Origin: Ptychomitrium polyphyllum
Taxonomy: Eukaryota
Direction: 5' to 3'
Assembly: GCA_973851085.1 (NCBI GenBank)
Contig: OZ316776.1
Coordinates: 10,168,001-10,232,000, forward strand
DNA: 64,000 nt
Of this stretch, positions 39,801 through 53,399 are shown piece after piece (positions within the stretch are counted from its first letter, which is position 1; each line of letters starts with the position of its first letter). The translations under genes were made by a program, and so were the position numbers. The notes under the pieces are model-generated. The model saw only the letters and a program-made list of their open reading frames with translations, made no database searches and was not told where the DNA came from.

Positions 39801-41548
39801 TGCCGAATGACACTTTGTTACAAACAGATAAGGAACGGTGTCAAATCATCACTGGGCCAAACATGGGCGGAAAAAGTTGTTACATCCGGCAAGTTGCTCT
39901 GATTGTCATTATGGCTCAGGTAAGGTTTCTAATTTCAAGGCTCAGGTTATGTGACGATAGTAATATCGTGCTTCTGTTGCTACATGAAACCTGCATACTG
40001 CTATCCAATTCCCATGTAAAAGGAACGTTATAGAAGCTCAAAGAGAATTGGGTTCACTAAAGTCATAAATAATCTTTTATACCCTTGAGTTGATATTGAC
40101 TTTTCTACAGTTTTTTGAGTTTCAGTTTGCATCTGAGCAACTACTTATCTACTCGTGCACATGCCAGGTTGGTTCATATGTCCCAGCTGTTTCAGCTAAA
40201 TTGCATGTCTGTGATGCGGTTTTTACAAGAATGGGGGCATCTGATAGCCTTCAAAAGGGTTCTAGCACTTTCTTTGAGGAGCTCAGTGAAACATCAGCAA
40301 TTTTGAGGCGGGCAACTTCAAGATCTCTTGTTATCATTGATGAGCTTGGCCGTGGCACAAGTACACACGATGGTGTTGCAATTGCATATGCCACCCTCCA
40401 TTATCTTCTGAAGGAAACGAGGTGAGTACACCCTTTGTTGTTTGCCTTCGTTGTCAGATGAATTTCAGTGAACCAAACTTGTTATGTTCGGCAACCTGCG
40501 GCTACTGGTTTATGAAAAACAGAAAATGCACGCCACTTTTGTCAGGCACATCATTTTTTGTTATTCAATTAATTATAGCTCTTCGCTCAAATTCTTTTTT
40601 TCCCCGTAGTCTTGGCAATATATTGTTGAATTGATCTGCCTGGCACTCAAGGAATGTGATTTAACTGCTTATCTCTTTGTACATTGTGATATGCCAGGTG
40701 TCTTACATTATTTGTGACACATTACCCGAGGTTAGCAGATCTCAAAGAGGAGTTCCCAGGCAAGGTCGCTCCGTACTTTGTCTCATATTTAGCAGAAGGC
40801 CAAGCAAATAAGCAAATATCAGAAGGACCTACTTCTGAATATGAAGAAGAGGCAACTCAGAGAATTACGTTCTTATATAAACTTGTGCCAGGGGTTGCGA
40901 GTAGAAGTTTTGGGCTACATGTTGCTCGTCTTGCACAGGTTAGCACACTTCTCCACTCTGAGTGTGTGAACTTTTGTATAATATCAATTACAAATGACTC
41001 TGTTTTTGACTTGCTTGGGTTTCCACTGTAGAATTGTTTGAGCAAAAGTAGACACACTTAAAGTAATTCAGTAGGCCATTTTATGATGGCGGTGACCTGC
41101 CTAGGAACACTTTCCCCAATGCACTAGGAATGAGTACTGTTCCTAGATATTGTCTGCTTTATAACACTAACATATTTAGGTCTCGTTACCTTAGTAGCTT
41201 ATGTCTCAAGTGCTGTTGTTCCAGGTGCCTGAGGTTTGCGTCCTGCAAGCGGCAGCAATGGCTACAAAGCTGGAGGAAGAGGTCAGTGCAAGGGCTGCAG
41301 CAAAAGCATCACGTTCAAGAGGTGAAACTCATTTAGTGAAAGAGGAGGCGCTAGAAGAAAATTCAGAGGATGTAGAAATGGGGTTGGAAGAAGTTTCCAT
41401 CAGGAGCCTTTCTCAGGTGTCACTTGATGACGTGAAGGATGTCTTGTCTTTGATCGAAAGGGCAAGTAGTAACCAAGATGAGGTATTTTCTCTTTCGTAC
41501 TTGAAAGAAGCACAAGAGCAAGCGAAGGCACTTTTGAGACTGGAGTAG
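33879..41548 (+). CDS. MSH3: DNA mismatch repair protein MSH3 (multi-exon)
   Basis: Has an N-terminal PIP box [16 protein letters not shown], the MSH3-type mismatch domain [11 protein letters not shown], Walker [23 protein letters not shown] and [10 protein letters not shown]. Confidence 0.95.
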
Positions 41549-43082
41549 TCACTATGACATTTTCATGATAGGAGTAGGTGGATTATAGTTTCAACACGGT
41601 ACTTATTGTGAGCATGCGTAACATCTACAAGAGTTAGGTGAAGCAATGTGGTCATAGTATTTAGGTTATTTGTAATTTATGGGACCCTGCCATTGCTGCA
41701 GATCATCACATCAACAGGAAGTTGGTAAAATTGATCATTGTATTTGATATTTGTGGGAAACAGTTTTCTGTATTAAAAATATAGTAGCCGATCGATATCA
41801 ATACATGCATATACTAGTACAATTTGATTAAAGTATATGCCAATATGATTAGAACCTAAACATAATCTGTTTCCGAGTAAGAATATCTTGGTTTTTTCTC
41901 TAAACACAAATCTGTTTGTACAGTGTTATTATCTGATTAGAATCAACAGTCCATGCACACTGGAGTGCAAGATTTAGAAATGATTCGAGGTCGAGAAAAT
42001 GCTTTTTACTACCTTTAACATTCACCATTAAATGATGCTAAAGTCTCTCGAGCTAGAACTTACCTTACGGGATCTGGCTTCAACGAAGTTGACACTGATG
42101 CACACCTACCAAGGACTACGAGATTGGTGCGAATAATGTGGATATAAAACATCAAAATCTCTGTCAACAATTTCTGGCGTTTGTGGATGGACTTTTCTGA
42201 CAACAGAATTTAGACCCAAAAATTCCTCACACACCTCGAAAAATACTGTTGTAGCACAGTAACTGGATAACACTCGTGCAGAGAACACTTTTCGATTTTA
42301 CACTTCTGCTTGCCTACAACGTTTAGTTTGCAATATGTTCTGCATATTCAAAAACAGTTACCAAGTATTCTGCATAGTACACATATCCCAAGTGTTGTGT
42401 GATGTGTTTAATACACTACATCATGTATGTTATTAATTTTTAAGCACAACATTCCATTTGTATAAACGAATATAACCACATATTTCAGTACTCGAAGTGA
42501 CAACTGAGGCTCACAATTACAAAATAGTCACTTCATAAATCACTGCCTTGTGAAACTCACCACTCAAGATATGATTCGAAGGAACATGAAACTGGAGTAG
42601 CGTAGAAACATACCATGTCAACAGTACTCTGAGAAGCCTGGAGAAATAAGTGAATCATTACAGAATCTTCGCCTGCTCAATCAAACTGAAAACACTATAC
42701 ATGGTAGAAATAGACTAATCTCAACCAATGGGCTTACTCCAATTAACAACGTAATGACGACTTTAAGTCTAGCAACCTCTATCATTTGACAGAGTGATCT
42801 TTCATAAGTGTAAGTAAATGAAGTGTAAACTTGGGACATAAGTTAAACCTAAATACATTGGCGGAAAGAGTCCATTCAATCTGCTTCAATTGGCAGATTA
42901 CCCAGCAAACCTCCAGATGCAACACAGAGGGAAAGCTTCAAAAAAACATCTAAAAAATCACTTGTACTTCGGGTTTAACTCCCAAGTCTAACTCCTCAAG
43001 ACTTGATGCAATTAAGCTCAGTGTTCCGCTTAAACTCAATCCATCAACAGTTAACGATCTCTGAACAGTGCAGATCATGCTC

Positions 43083-44362
43083 TTAAACGCGTGCATGAAG
43101 ACAAGGCTCAAAGCTGATGCCCGAGGACCGACCAATGTTAATCTCAGGCAGCTGGGAAGGGAACCCTTGGCGAGGCCACCAGCTCCAAGTCTCCAGCTTA
43201 AGATCATACACAAGGGCAGGCAGGTAGGCGTTGCTACTCGGAATGGTGAGAAACAGCAATTCACCGGTGCCAAAGCAAGAAAGAGGCCTACTGGGTACCA
43301 TCTTAGTCTCGAACTCTCTACACAACAAAGCCGGCATCCTCTCCACCTCCTTCCACACCAAGGTACCAAAATCAAGCTCCCATATCTGGATCCCAAACGC
43401 CCCATCCTGATCTTCCATTCCGCCAACCAACAACAGCCGCCCATTGCAGACCACGACCGAGGGCGACATGATGGGCGATGGCATGGTGACCGGAACCTCA
43501 TGCCAGGTGCCGTGGGTGAGGTCATAAGCAATGAGGGAGAGATTAGAGAAGGGGAATGTAAGGCAGTAGAAGATCCCATCACGCCAGACTAGCGTATCCC
43601 CACCGTACTTTTTGGCAGCAGAAGGAATTCCCCCGGGTGCCCATCTGCCGGTTGCAGAGTCATAGACTTCCGTGATCATGGAGTGATCCTCAAGCCGGCC
43701 ACAGACAAGTACCTTGTAAGAGTGAGTGAGTTCGTTGTAGACCATTCCCACGGTGGTGATCATCCAGGTGCTCAAGGGCGGGAGACGACGCCATGAATTC
43801 GTCACGGGGTTTAGAACCGCCATCCCTGGCCACTGAAACCATGCGTTGGAGAAGCACAGTAAACCGCCTGCTGCTGCAACGACGTGCAAGTTGGTGGCGT
43901 TGAAGCGGATCGGCAAACGTAGCCATGTCTCAGAACCTGGTTAAAATCCCAACCAAGACGGAAACCACAAAGAGTCAGTTAGTCATCAGATGACTATGTG
44001 GAAGGAGATGAAGAGAAGGGGGTTTGGGGTTGAAATATTTGCTTGCCTGTGTCGTAGATGGCGATGGAGTTGGCGGTGGAGGTGATGACAATCCATGGCT
44101 TCTGCTTGAAGTTCCGCCTTCTTGTGCGGATAAACCCTTCATCAAAGACGATGTTGTTCCACGCTCGGCAGACGGAGCGGAAGCGGGCAAGGGAGACTAG
44201 AGGCAAGCACAGGTGGACCTTCTCGAGGAGCTCATGGGGGAAGCCTTTCCAGAGCGCGGGGTCGAGGTCAAGAATTTCGTCAGCATCGTAGGAGGATTCG
44301 CCTTCGTCGTCACGGTGGGGGTGATGATCCTGGATGGCACCAGAGTAGGCCACGATTGGCAT
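43083..44362 (-). CDS. F-box protein with kelch-like beta-propeller, LCR/FBX6-like
   Basis: F-box LWKGFPHELLEKVHLCLP...RFRSVCRAWN. Exon 2 contains VVAAAGGLLC, NPVTNSWRRLP, TEVYDS, IWEL...WKEVERMP and C-terminal SFEP. Exons are 44047-44362 and 43083-43936. Confidence 0.9.
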
Positions 44363-45310
44363 TTCTTCGGTTCGGCTCGGGAGCTTTCACAAAAACTCAG
44401 CCTGCTCGTTCTCAAGGATACGACTGATAAATCGACGATCCTCTTTGGTTTACACTCTTTGCAAGACCTGTGGCCCATCCAATGTCCTCTCAGCACGTGG
44501 CGATTCACAACACTGACGTGAAGAATTGATTAACACTGATGTGAACTGAAGAACATGCTTCAAGGATCCCTCGACGAGAGGGAGCAGAAATGAATGGGCC
44601 AACTCCAGCCTCTGCATTTGTCATCCTCAAACAGAAAACACACGCAATTTAACCTCTTCGAATCTTGATATAATTCGAAGACTCTCACAAAAAACCTTAA
44701 CAACACTCAGCCTCCTGAGTAGTTCTAATTGTTAACTACACATGAGTGAAGTGAGATAAACAAAGACAGATGATTGCTCATCTCTAGATATAAGCAGGCT
44801 GCATGCTTTTAACGTCACGAAGATGAAGCGCCTCACGAAAATGGGAGCACACGAAACGAAGCCCAATTCCAACAAACACAACCTACAATCCCTCGCTGCA
44901 AAGGTTCTCCGCAGAAACAGCAACCAACTCAAAGTGCCCGAATTCAACAAAGTGCTGCACCCCCCCCACTCCCACTCTCTACGCTCACTTCCAACACTTC
45001 CACCGTTTGCAGTCCGAACACCACAGAACTTCAACCAAACTTCGTACCAGAGGAAAAATCATCTCAACCAAAAGGGATCCAGAAAACCTCCTCCCCCAAC
45101 CCCGCCCAAATCCCTGGAGTTCATCAACACAAAATTCCCCTCCCACAAATCCCTGGTCGTTCATCCATCCATCAATCAATCAATCAACTCAACTCAACTT
45201 AACTCAGGTCCAATCCCTCAACAGACCAAGCCTGACATGACGTCCCCGACCTCCACCCTCTCCCTTCCATCGCTTCTCCCATTCCCTCGCCATCAACCAA
45301 CATGAACCTA

Positions 45311-45367
45311 TCACCTCACCGTCCCTTCACCTCACCGTCCCTTCACCTCACCGTCCCTGCACCTCAC
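45311..45367. repeat. 17-bp tandem repeat (TCACCTCACCGTCCCT..)x3, upstream of the F-box gene
   Basis: Read directly from the sequence. Confidence 0.85.
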
Positions 45368-45380
45368 TTCCATCTCAAGA

Positions 45381-45558
45381 CCAACAAGTACTACGAAAAA
45401 GTGCAACACTTTCACCCTCCAAACCAACAAGTACTATCTTATCATACACAAGCGTAAAGCGGATTCTAGTTCAAGCCTTCAAAGCTCCGAATCAACAAGT
45501 ACCATCGCATCATACACTGCAAGGCTAAAGTAGATTCACGCTCAAGTCTTCGAAGCTA
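45381..45558. repeat. Degenerate ~70-bp tandem duplication (CAACAAGTAC...TCAAG.CTTC.AAGCT)
   Basis: Two alignable units at ~45422 and ~45491, plus a partial unit at ~45381. Confidence 0.65.
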
Positions 45559-48500
45559 GCGATGAGCCATGATGGCCTCGTACGAGGCTGGGGGACAAGC
45601 AGCTGGGCCAGGCAACATGGTCGTTCCTAGTTCGGTGCCAACAAGAAAAATCCAAGCTTTTGGGGCGTAGGGGGGTCCGCCTTAGAGGTCATACATACGC
45701 ACCAGGTTCCTGCATGCAAGGCTCTCGCCTCGCAGCAAACAAGGCGACGCGGGGGCGACGTTCCAGATGTCTCGCACGGCTGCTGAGGCCTGCGCTCATC
45801 ACCACCCTCCGATCTCCTCCACTGTCTCCCCTTTGCTGCGCTGGGCTGGCTGGCTGGCTGGGCTCCGAGCATGGCACAGCCACTCTACGTTACTGCACCC
45901 TCAGCACCCGGGAGTGCTGTTCTATACTCGGCACGGCTGCCATGTCAACATCGCCGTGGGTCCGACCAGTGCGCGAGTGCCATGTCGGATGCGCGCGGGG
46001 GACAAGGCGCTCGCGAGGGGCCGCGATTCTCTCCCGCTTTCAACCCTGCGCTGTCTGGTTGCCTGGTTGGGAATAGGGGCGGTTTAAGGGGAAGTACTTT
46101 TTTTTAATGAGGTTCTGGGAGGGGAAAGGGCTGGCTTCCAAGCTGGGGATGTTTCTGTCTTGTTTTCTTATATTTTTGGGATAAGTTAGAACGAGTATGC
46201 ATTCCAGTGCGCCTTGAGCTTCGTTGTGATTCATTAAGGTACAACTTTGGCATTTCTGGCACTCTATATACTCTATTCCTTTTTCGATTCTTTTTGGTTT
46301 TTGTTGGTGTTTCTAAGATACTCCCCCTTGCATGTTGAGCTCACTACTTGGTGTTACTGGCACACTTAATTTAGCCTTTACAACGTCTGTGTCATGTTAG
46401 ATACATGTGAACTGCCAGGCTCAGCCTCAGGCTGCCCTGAGTGGCGGTGTTGGTGAAAGTTGTGCTGATGTGGCACTGCGTTTTAAGTTAATAACGATGA
46501 TATTTCGGATACATAGTCCGGTGTGTATATAGTTTAGTACTATTGCTGCTGTTTTATCAGACTGTGGCAGTTGAGGACTCGGGGATTGGTGGGGGCCTGG
46601 AAGTTGGGGAATTTTTGTAATGATAAAGGTACGGGAGTTAGATGAGAGTTGACTGCTTTTCTATCCCTTTTTACTGAACCACTTGAAAGCCCTTAACTAT
46701 TTCCATGGGTCGTGAGTCTATTGTGAGGTTATTCTATAGCGGAGATTTTTCAACGTGTTTCATGGATGGGTTGATTTAGTTGTAGGTCCTTCACTCTGGT
46801 AGTTGAGAAAATTACAGGGACGAAGAATCTGGCAGGTACAGAAAACGCATATAATGAGCAGCCTGCTTTAAATATGACTAATACAGCACTGCTTTCAAGC
46901 AGTTTCTGCCATTTAAATATACCCAGTCCCACCCTGAATTAGCTCTTAGGCTGTGTCCAGTGGCACTGCTATCTACTACCCAACCAGAGGGATCATATTT
47001 TCCTTTCCATTTATGGACTTTCAAGTGTGGGGTTATATTAAATGTTTTACACCTGCGGTAACTCCGCCTCCACAGCGAGAAAAACATTACGACTGCCAAG
47101 GCCTTGCACGAAGAGGAATCTCGCAGGCAGTTTCTAGTGTAATTGATGGATGGAGCCATTTGAGTGGGTTTGCATTTATGTGAAAAGAATTTTAACGTTT
47201 GCATTGTATGAAAGGATGGTTTTTTCTACTGTGCACTGGACCTAAAATAAGCTGCCTGTTGACCTTTACAGAATCTGCATATGGAGATGAGAACAGTCAT
47301 GATGATCAATAACATGGGGATTGTTTGGCATTTATGCTGTGAGGTAACTTTTCACTGCCTTTGTATCACCTGTGACAGCGTGCTATTGGACTTATTGAAC
47401 TTGCAATAATTTCAGTTTTTCTCCATTCCACCCCTAATTCCACCTGTCATGGATTGCACCCATTTGAACTTCTGTTTTCTTTCTTTGGCTAGGGGCCATG
47501 CCCCACAACTTTAATTACATGGTGGTTTACTTTTTTCTTTTTCATAATTATTTTCTTGTTTTTTTTAATGGAGTTATGGTTTATGCAGAACCCAAGCTTT
47601 GAACATAACCGCCATCAGCTTGAATTGGTATTTATAAATTGGAATTTGTAAATTTGGCAACCTAAAATTCATTGAATAGTCAATATTCAAAAAAATATTA
47701 TTTCATGTAGCAATCATTGCTTGTGTAAACCAAGAATAACTATCCATTTCCAAGGATTTTTATAATTGGTAACTCCTAGGCTTGGTTCTTTTCTAATTAG
47801 CAATTCAATGTAGAATTATACACTTCAATAAAAAAGTTTTTGTTCACAACATTCTTGATCAAAGTGTTTGAACACGATCTTCCAAAAAAATATTGCATCA
47901 TTCAAAGATTCAATTATATTATTAAAACCTTCTTCTATTGACCATTAAAAGTTCTTGTGTTCTAAAGCTTCAAATCAAATTCATGCTTGCATGCATTCAT
48001 TAGTACATGTTGGCATTGTCATTTATTAATGAATTCTTACTTTTTGAAATAGTGATGATTTTTTTTAAAAAACTGTTCGTAGAATTATTTCTTATTATAA
48101 GTAATAATTACAATGAAGATGGTGCATATAATTAATCACATAAATCAAATTAATCAATATACATTTTGAATAATATGTACATTACTATAGGTTACTATAT
48201 CAAAATTGTTATGCATTGTAGGCCATACTATTTGCAAAATACTACAAATTTCAACAAAATATATAAAACACCACATTGAAATTAACTATTTATATTTAGT
48301 GCAATACTTTTGACAAACTTTAAATTCATGAAGTAACTTATAATTTTTTTGAAGGAATTGTTCTTAATAATAATATTTTGAAAATCCTTACATTTGAGCA
48401 CCTACAACATATGATAATTTAAAACATAAACAAATGAAGATATTAAGAGTTTAAGGTTTTAAAGCATTTCAAACCAAAAAAAGTTTTTTTTTTTTTAAAT

Positions 48501-51500
48501 CAGAAATTACTTCAAAAAACATTGTCATTTTGCATACAATATTTTATACTAGAATGCCCATTAAAACAAAAATTCTATGAAAAATAAATGATGTCTTATA
48601 GTTTCAATTATATGAAGTTACAAGACTTATTGATCAATGCTTTTAGAAGTTAAAAGCTTTTATTAGCAATAGAATGTTATTACAAATTAAAATTTTGATT
48701 TATTAGAGAATAGCCATTTAGAAAAAAGAATATTTTAACTTTGCAAGTGGTTTGTATTATTGAAAAAATCCATAAGAATATTTAGTTTACAACTATTAAA
48801 AATGTATATACTTTAGTTTAATATAGTTGCATTTTTTTAAATGAATCATAATTTGTAACTAATTTGCATCCTTCAAATGTTAAATTTGAATAATAATTAT
48901 AATAAAGTAATATTTTTAACCATAAAAGATTAATTGTTAGTCGTTGATTGCAATTTTATATAAGCATATACAAATACATTCTGATTATAAGAGTCAATAA
49001 ATTTTGAAAAATTATACTTCATTTGAATTTTTCCTCATGTATATGTTGTTAGCAATGATGAAAAATTAAATTGTACTTTACCTTCAATCCTTTAAGTCAA
49101 GATTCAACAATGCATTGTATAAAACATGTAAATTGACTGTGTTTGTGACGTGTTGACTGCTTTTGTGTGGTCAGAGAAATGTAGATATGTCAACCTATTC
49201 ATCTTACATCATGCAACATATTGAAGGATGACACCTCAATGGCCTTCAAAAAGTTTCAACTACTACCATAGGGATGTTGAGCCATCCATTTTATACATCA
49301 TGTGACAAATTGGGAGGTGCCAACTTGTCGTTCAAAACAATTGAGTTGTTGGTGGATTAAGACTAGGATATTATACGGCTAGTAGTTTTCACACTGCCAG
49401 TAGATATTTGGTAGTACAACAAAGCACATAACAACTGGCTTTCTAGTACATCAATGTACACACCTATCTTAAAGGATAGAATTGCAAGCAGAGTATTATG
49501 TTAAAGATACATAGATTTCCAAAACGTATCATATTTATTGATGCAAAATATAAAGACAACTCAAAACCTGGACTCCTCACACAATGCATAATTGATGTTA
49601 AGCCTTCATGACAATGTGTGTGATTCACTTACATTTATTATCAAGTTTTAAAGTTAAAAGCACAATCAAGACAATCATACTAAAAAATAAAAATAAATAT
49701 AGACTTAATACACCATGGATGTGTTATAGTAATGCATTAGATATTGTTGTATAATATGCTACCACTACATCTCAAGGCCTATACTTCATTGACAAAAATT
49801 AATTTCTATCAAATACTAAAGAGAGTAGAATTCACAATCAGTGGGCGATACATTGCCTTTCAATAATCTAATCATAATGACACCATGAATGGACTTACAC
49901 ACTATCATCTTGGGTCACCCCTGATGTTTAAAGGAAGCCCAGATTTGAAAGAACTGCAGCTTTGGACTCTCCATAAGCTTGGGATGAACTGTTGAAGAGA
50001 AAAACCAGTGGGCCATGAACTAATGTACACTACCTACAAAACTCCAACATTCCAATATGTACTCACTGTTGTAGATTTGGTAGAATGAAGTACCTGTAAG
50101 GTAAGGCGTCCACACCATTGTGTCTCAGTCAGCACAAGTACATTGTGGTTCTGCACACTGAACCTCAAATGGATGCCTCACACGGAGGACTTTCATGTGT
50201 GAGCTCACTTGTCCTCACTTTCATAGTTCTTGTTGTTACTCCATGTTGTCATAAACGCCAATAGCAGTCGGTTATACAGTCCTTTGTTGTAAGACCTCTA
50301 TCTGTTGGAGGAATATCCAGCCTTGCCTCCCAGATGATACTGCGGGGAAGGAAAAGGAATATTTTTTGAAGAAAATGGAAGCCTGTGGAAACGAGTCAAT
50401 AGTGGTACATGAGATGGGAAAGTGGTGGAAGGAATGGTGCTCTGGGGCCCAGAGTCATGCCATGGTGATGATCCTAAAGGCTCTGGGCCATGACGGATAG
50501 AAAACTTAGCTTATAAGCTTCCTCCCGACATCAGACTCTGCCCTTGGTTGTCGCTCCCAGGAGCAACAATGACAGTTCGACCATGATGGAAGCAGCCCGC
50601 GCAACCGCTCTCGTATTCTTCTTCTAGACTTTTTCGGCTTCCTCATAAAGATGAGCTGTGAGAATGACGCAAAGTAAAGAGGTCTCTTTTGGTGACTACT
50701 GTAGAGTTGCACAATGAGCCTCGTCCCTGTAGGCTCTACACGGGGCTTTTCGAGATAGACTCGTTCACCTGCATGCACGAAGTGTATGGATGGCCTTTGA
50801 GTTCGTTCCATGAGCCAAGTTCTTTGAACCATCATCTTCATGTTGATTAACATCAAAGAACTTCTACGGTTTGGCCTTGACTGTGAAACGGGGAGGGAGC
50901 GCTGCTCCATGATCATAGACTTGTGGTCCAACATATCCTTCATCTTAATGATATTGAATCAACGAAATTCGGACAAAGTAAAAGCTTTGATGAATCATAT
51001 GCAAGCTCGCAATAATAAGCCTTCATTCCCACTCTAATTGAACATCCAATCTAAATTTTATATATACCAAATATCAAATAACACAGCTACAATTTTAGCA
51101 TAAATCTTAATTGTCTTCTATATTTACTAGGCATTTAAGACTTAACACTTGGGAATTTATTAAGATGATTAATCAATTATAATCAGAATTCAAAGAATAC
51201 TAAACCCATTTAATAATTCTAAGGATGATGTATATTCTTTATATTATATTTGTAAGATTTATAGCCTATTAAGTGCAGTTAGTTTTGAGAATGCACCCAC
51301 CTTCAAACAACTTAGTTGTGAAAGGGTTGAGTTTGATTTCTACTTCAAAATCTTTATATACATATGAATTGTGGGTTTTAGTACAAATTTTGTAAGTCTT
51401 TGTAGAATAAGAATAAACCAGGCTTAGAGATGCAAAATGTAGTGGGCCCTAAGGTAACATTTTAAAGAAAAATTCAGAGATCAAGAACTCAAAGGGGTTT

Positions 51501-53031
51501 CTAAAATCAATCAACACCAGAAGAACCCGGTGGATATCTGATTGTCACTTGCAACTCATTTTTTGAGTAGCAGTGAACCAGCAACTGCATTTAAAAACAC
51601 GAGGGGAAATTATTGATCAGTCCTGATAGCCCTGTCCCAAGGGTGAAACAGATGCAGTCGACGTGATGTGGCATGCCACCCTAGTATTATTCCTGCCACG
51701 TCGGTATTGTTTTGCATACACTTGCTGCACTTGCTGCACTTGCATCTCACTCTTCTGTTGCAGTCTTGCAACTCCTTGCGACTGAATCCAGCCATAATAC
51801 AGAGAATTTCTGGTAGATTTAACACCTACGTTTGTAGATTCGAACATGCAAATGTAGATCATGACATATTCAAGGGAAATATACTTAAAGAATTAAAAAC
51901 ATTTTAAACCTGTTATATTTGAGAACTGGTACAAAATTGGGTAGCGGTTGAGCCTTATCCTTGAGAGCTTCCAATGAATCCGGATTCAGCATTTATGCAC
52001 AACAGACATTGATTAATAAAAACACTGCAGATGAGTGGCTCTGCATTGACTATAAACCTTCAAACAAATTGATGAATGTACCAGGAAAAGAAGCAAATAA
52101 GATTGCAAGAAGATAAAAACCATTCGTACAACCAGACAAACGATACAGCCAAATATCAAATCACATTTAAAACGAATCTCTCTTAAAAGTCAGAAAAGAG
52201 AGGCTTGTCAATGGCCTTGGGTTTCTCCTTAATCTCTGCATCGACATTCACATAGAGCTGCACATGTTCAACTCCTTACGTGAGATATATCCGGCTAATA
52301 TTCTTTGGAGATTAGGTGAGTCAAGTGTATCATACAACAATCATCAACACTTCATAGCGCATCCATAAAACAAGAATTCATTTCTTTTTTACTGTCGATC
52401 AATGCAACATGCAGACGCTTCAAGAAATACCTGATTAGAGTAATGAGTTCAAGATTTGTCATGCATCCTGAAAAGTGTGCATTAGTAACAAGGTACGTGG
52501 GCATTCCCATATATGTTAAGCAATATCTTCCTGCTACCTTTTTGTGTACAAAGTCAGAACTGCCATAAATAAAGCGTAACTACAGTAATCAAATTCAACT
52601 TACCTATTTGTAAGGTCTTCCGGATTCCTGTCTCATGCAGATAGAAGCTATGAACAACGCTAAAACAAAATTTTAGAACATGTCTCATTCTACAGCACCT
52701 AGTATAGCCATGCATCGGTATAGCAGTACGAAAGCAGCAGTTACCAGAGCAGGTCTTTCAATAACTTCCAGTGTCGAGCTTCAAGCTGGTTCATTGCCGA
52801 TATCCCTGTCAATTCAATTTTCCATTTAAGTTCCTTTGCATAGAGAGCACCAACTATCCAGGGAGGACTACACCAAATCATACAAACACAAACCTGTACC
52901 CAAGGTGAGAGCTAACACCTTGTTTTGATTATCGCAAGTCAGAAGCATTGCACTAAAAACATTGGACTTTCCTGCATTTTCAATCCAGTTTTCACAGTAC
53001 CTGTGAATGCAGTAGTCATTAATTCTTAATT

Positions 53032-53399
53032 TCAGCTAACAAGAATTTGTATGTTGCCAGGGAAAACGGGTTTGTTGTTGAATGATACACCAAATATAGA
53101 GCCGCTGGACCATATATCAACTGCAAACGTGTACCTGAAATTGCACAAAGTGGAATTGTATAAGAATTAGAAATATCTGAGAGAGAACTAGTCATCCCTT
53201 CAACAAATTTAACACAAAAGTTTGTGATTTTAAAGCCTACGTTGGTTTAGAATTATTAAGTCATATTCGAAAATTTTGTGCATCTTGCAACAGACAAGCA
53301 TTGTTAGCTTATTTCAGAATTTCAACTGAATAAAAAACTGTCAGAGTAGGCTAGGAGCGTACCAAGTGGACCTAAGAAGTATCTCAGGTGCTCCCATAC
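53032..53399 (-). pseudogene. Degenerate CMGC-group (CDK/MAPK/MAK-like) protein kinase gene relic
   Basis: Splicing 53363-53399 to the exon starting at 53134 gives APEILLRSTW|YTFAVDIWSSGSIFGVSFNNKPVFPGN (kinase subdomains VIII-IX). The expected YR before APE is disrupted and a TGA follows at 53032-53034. Confidence 0.65.

Noticed and set aside
45590..46060. Several TGTCNN (AuxRE-like) motifs upstream of the F-box gene
   Set aside because: The count is only modestly above chance, and the TGTCGG/GGGACA pair is spaced 10 nt rather than at the canonical ARF inverted-repeat spacing.
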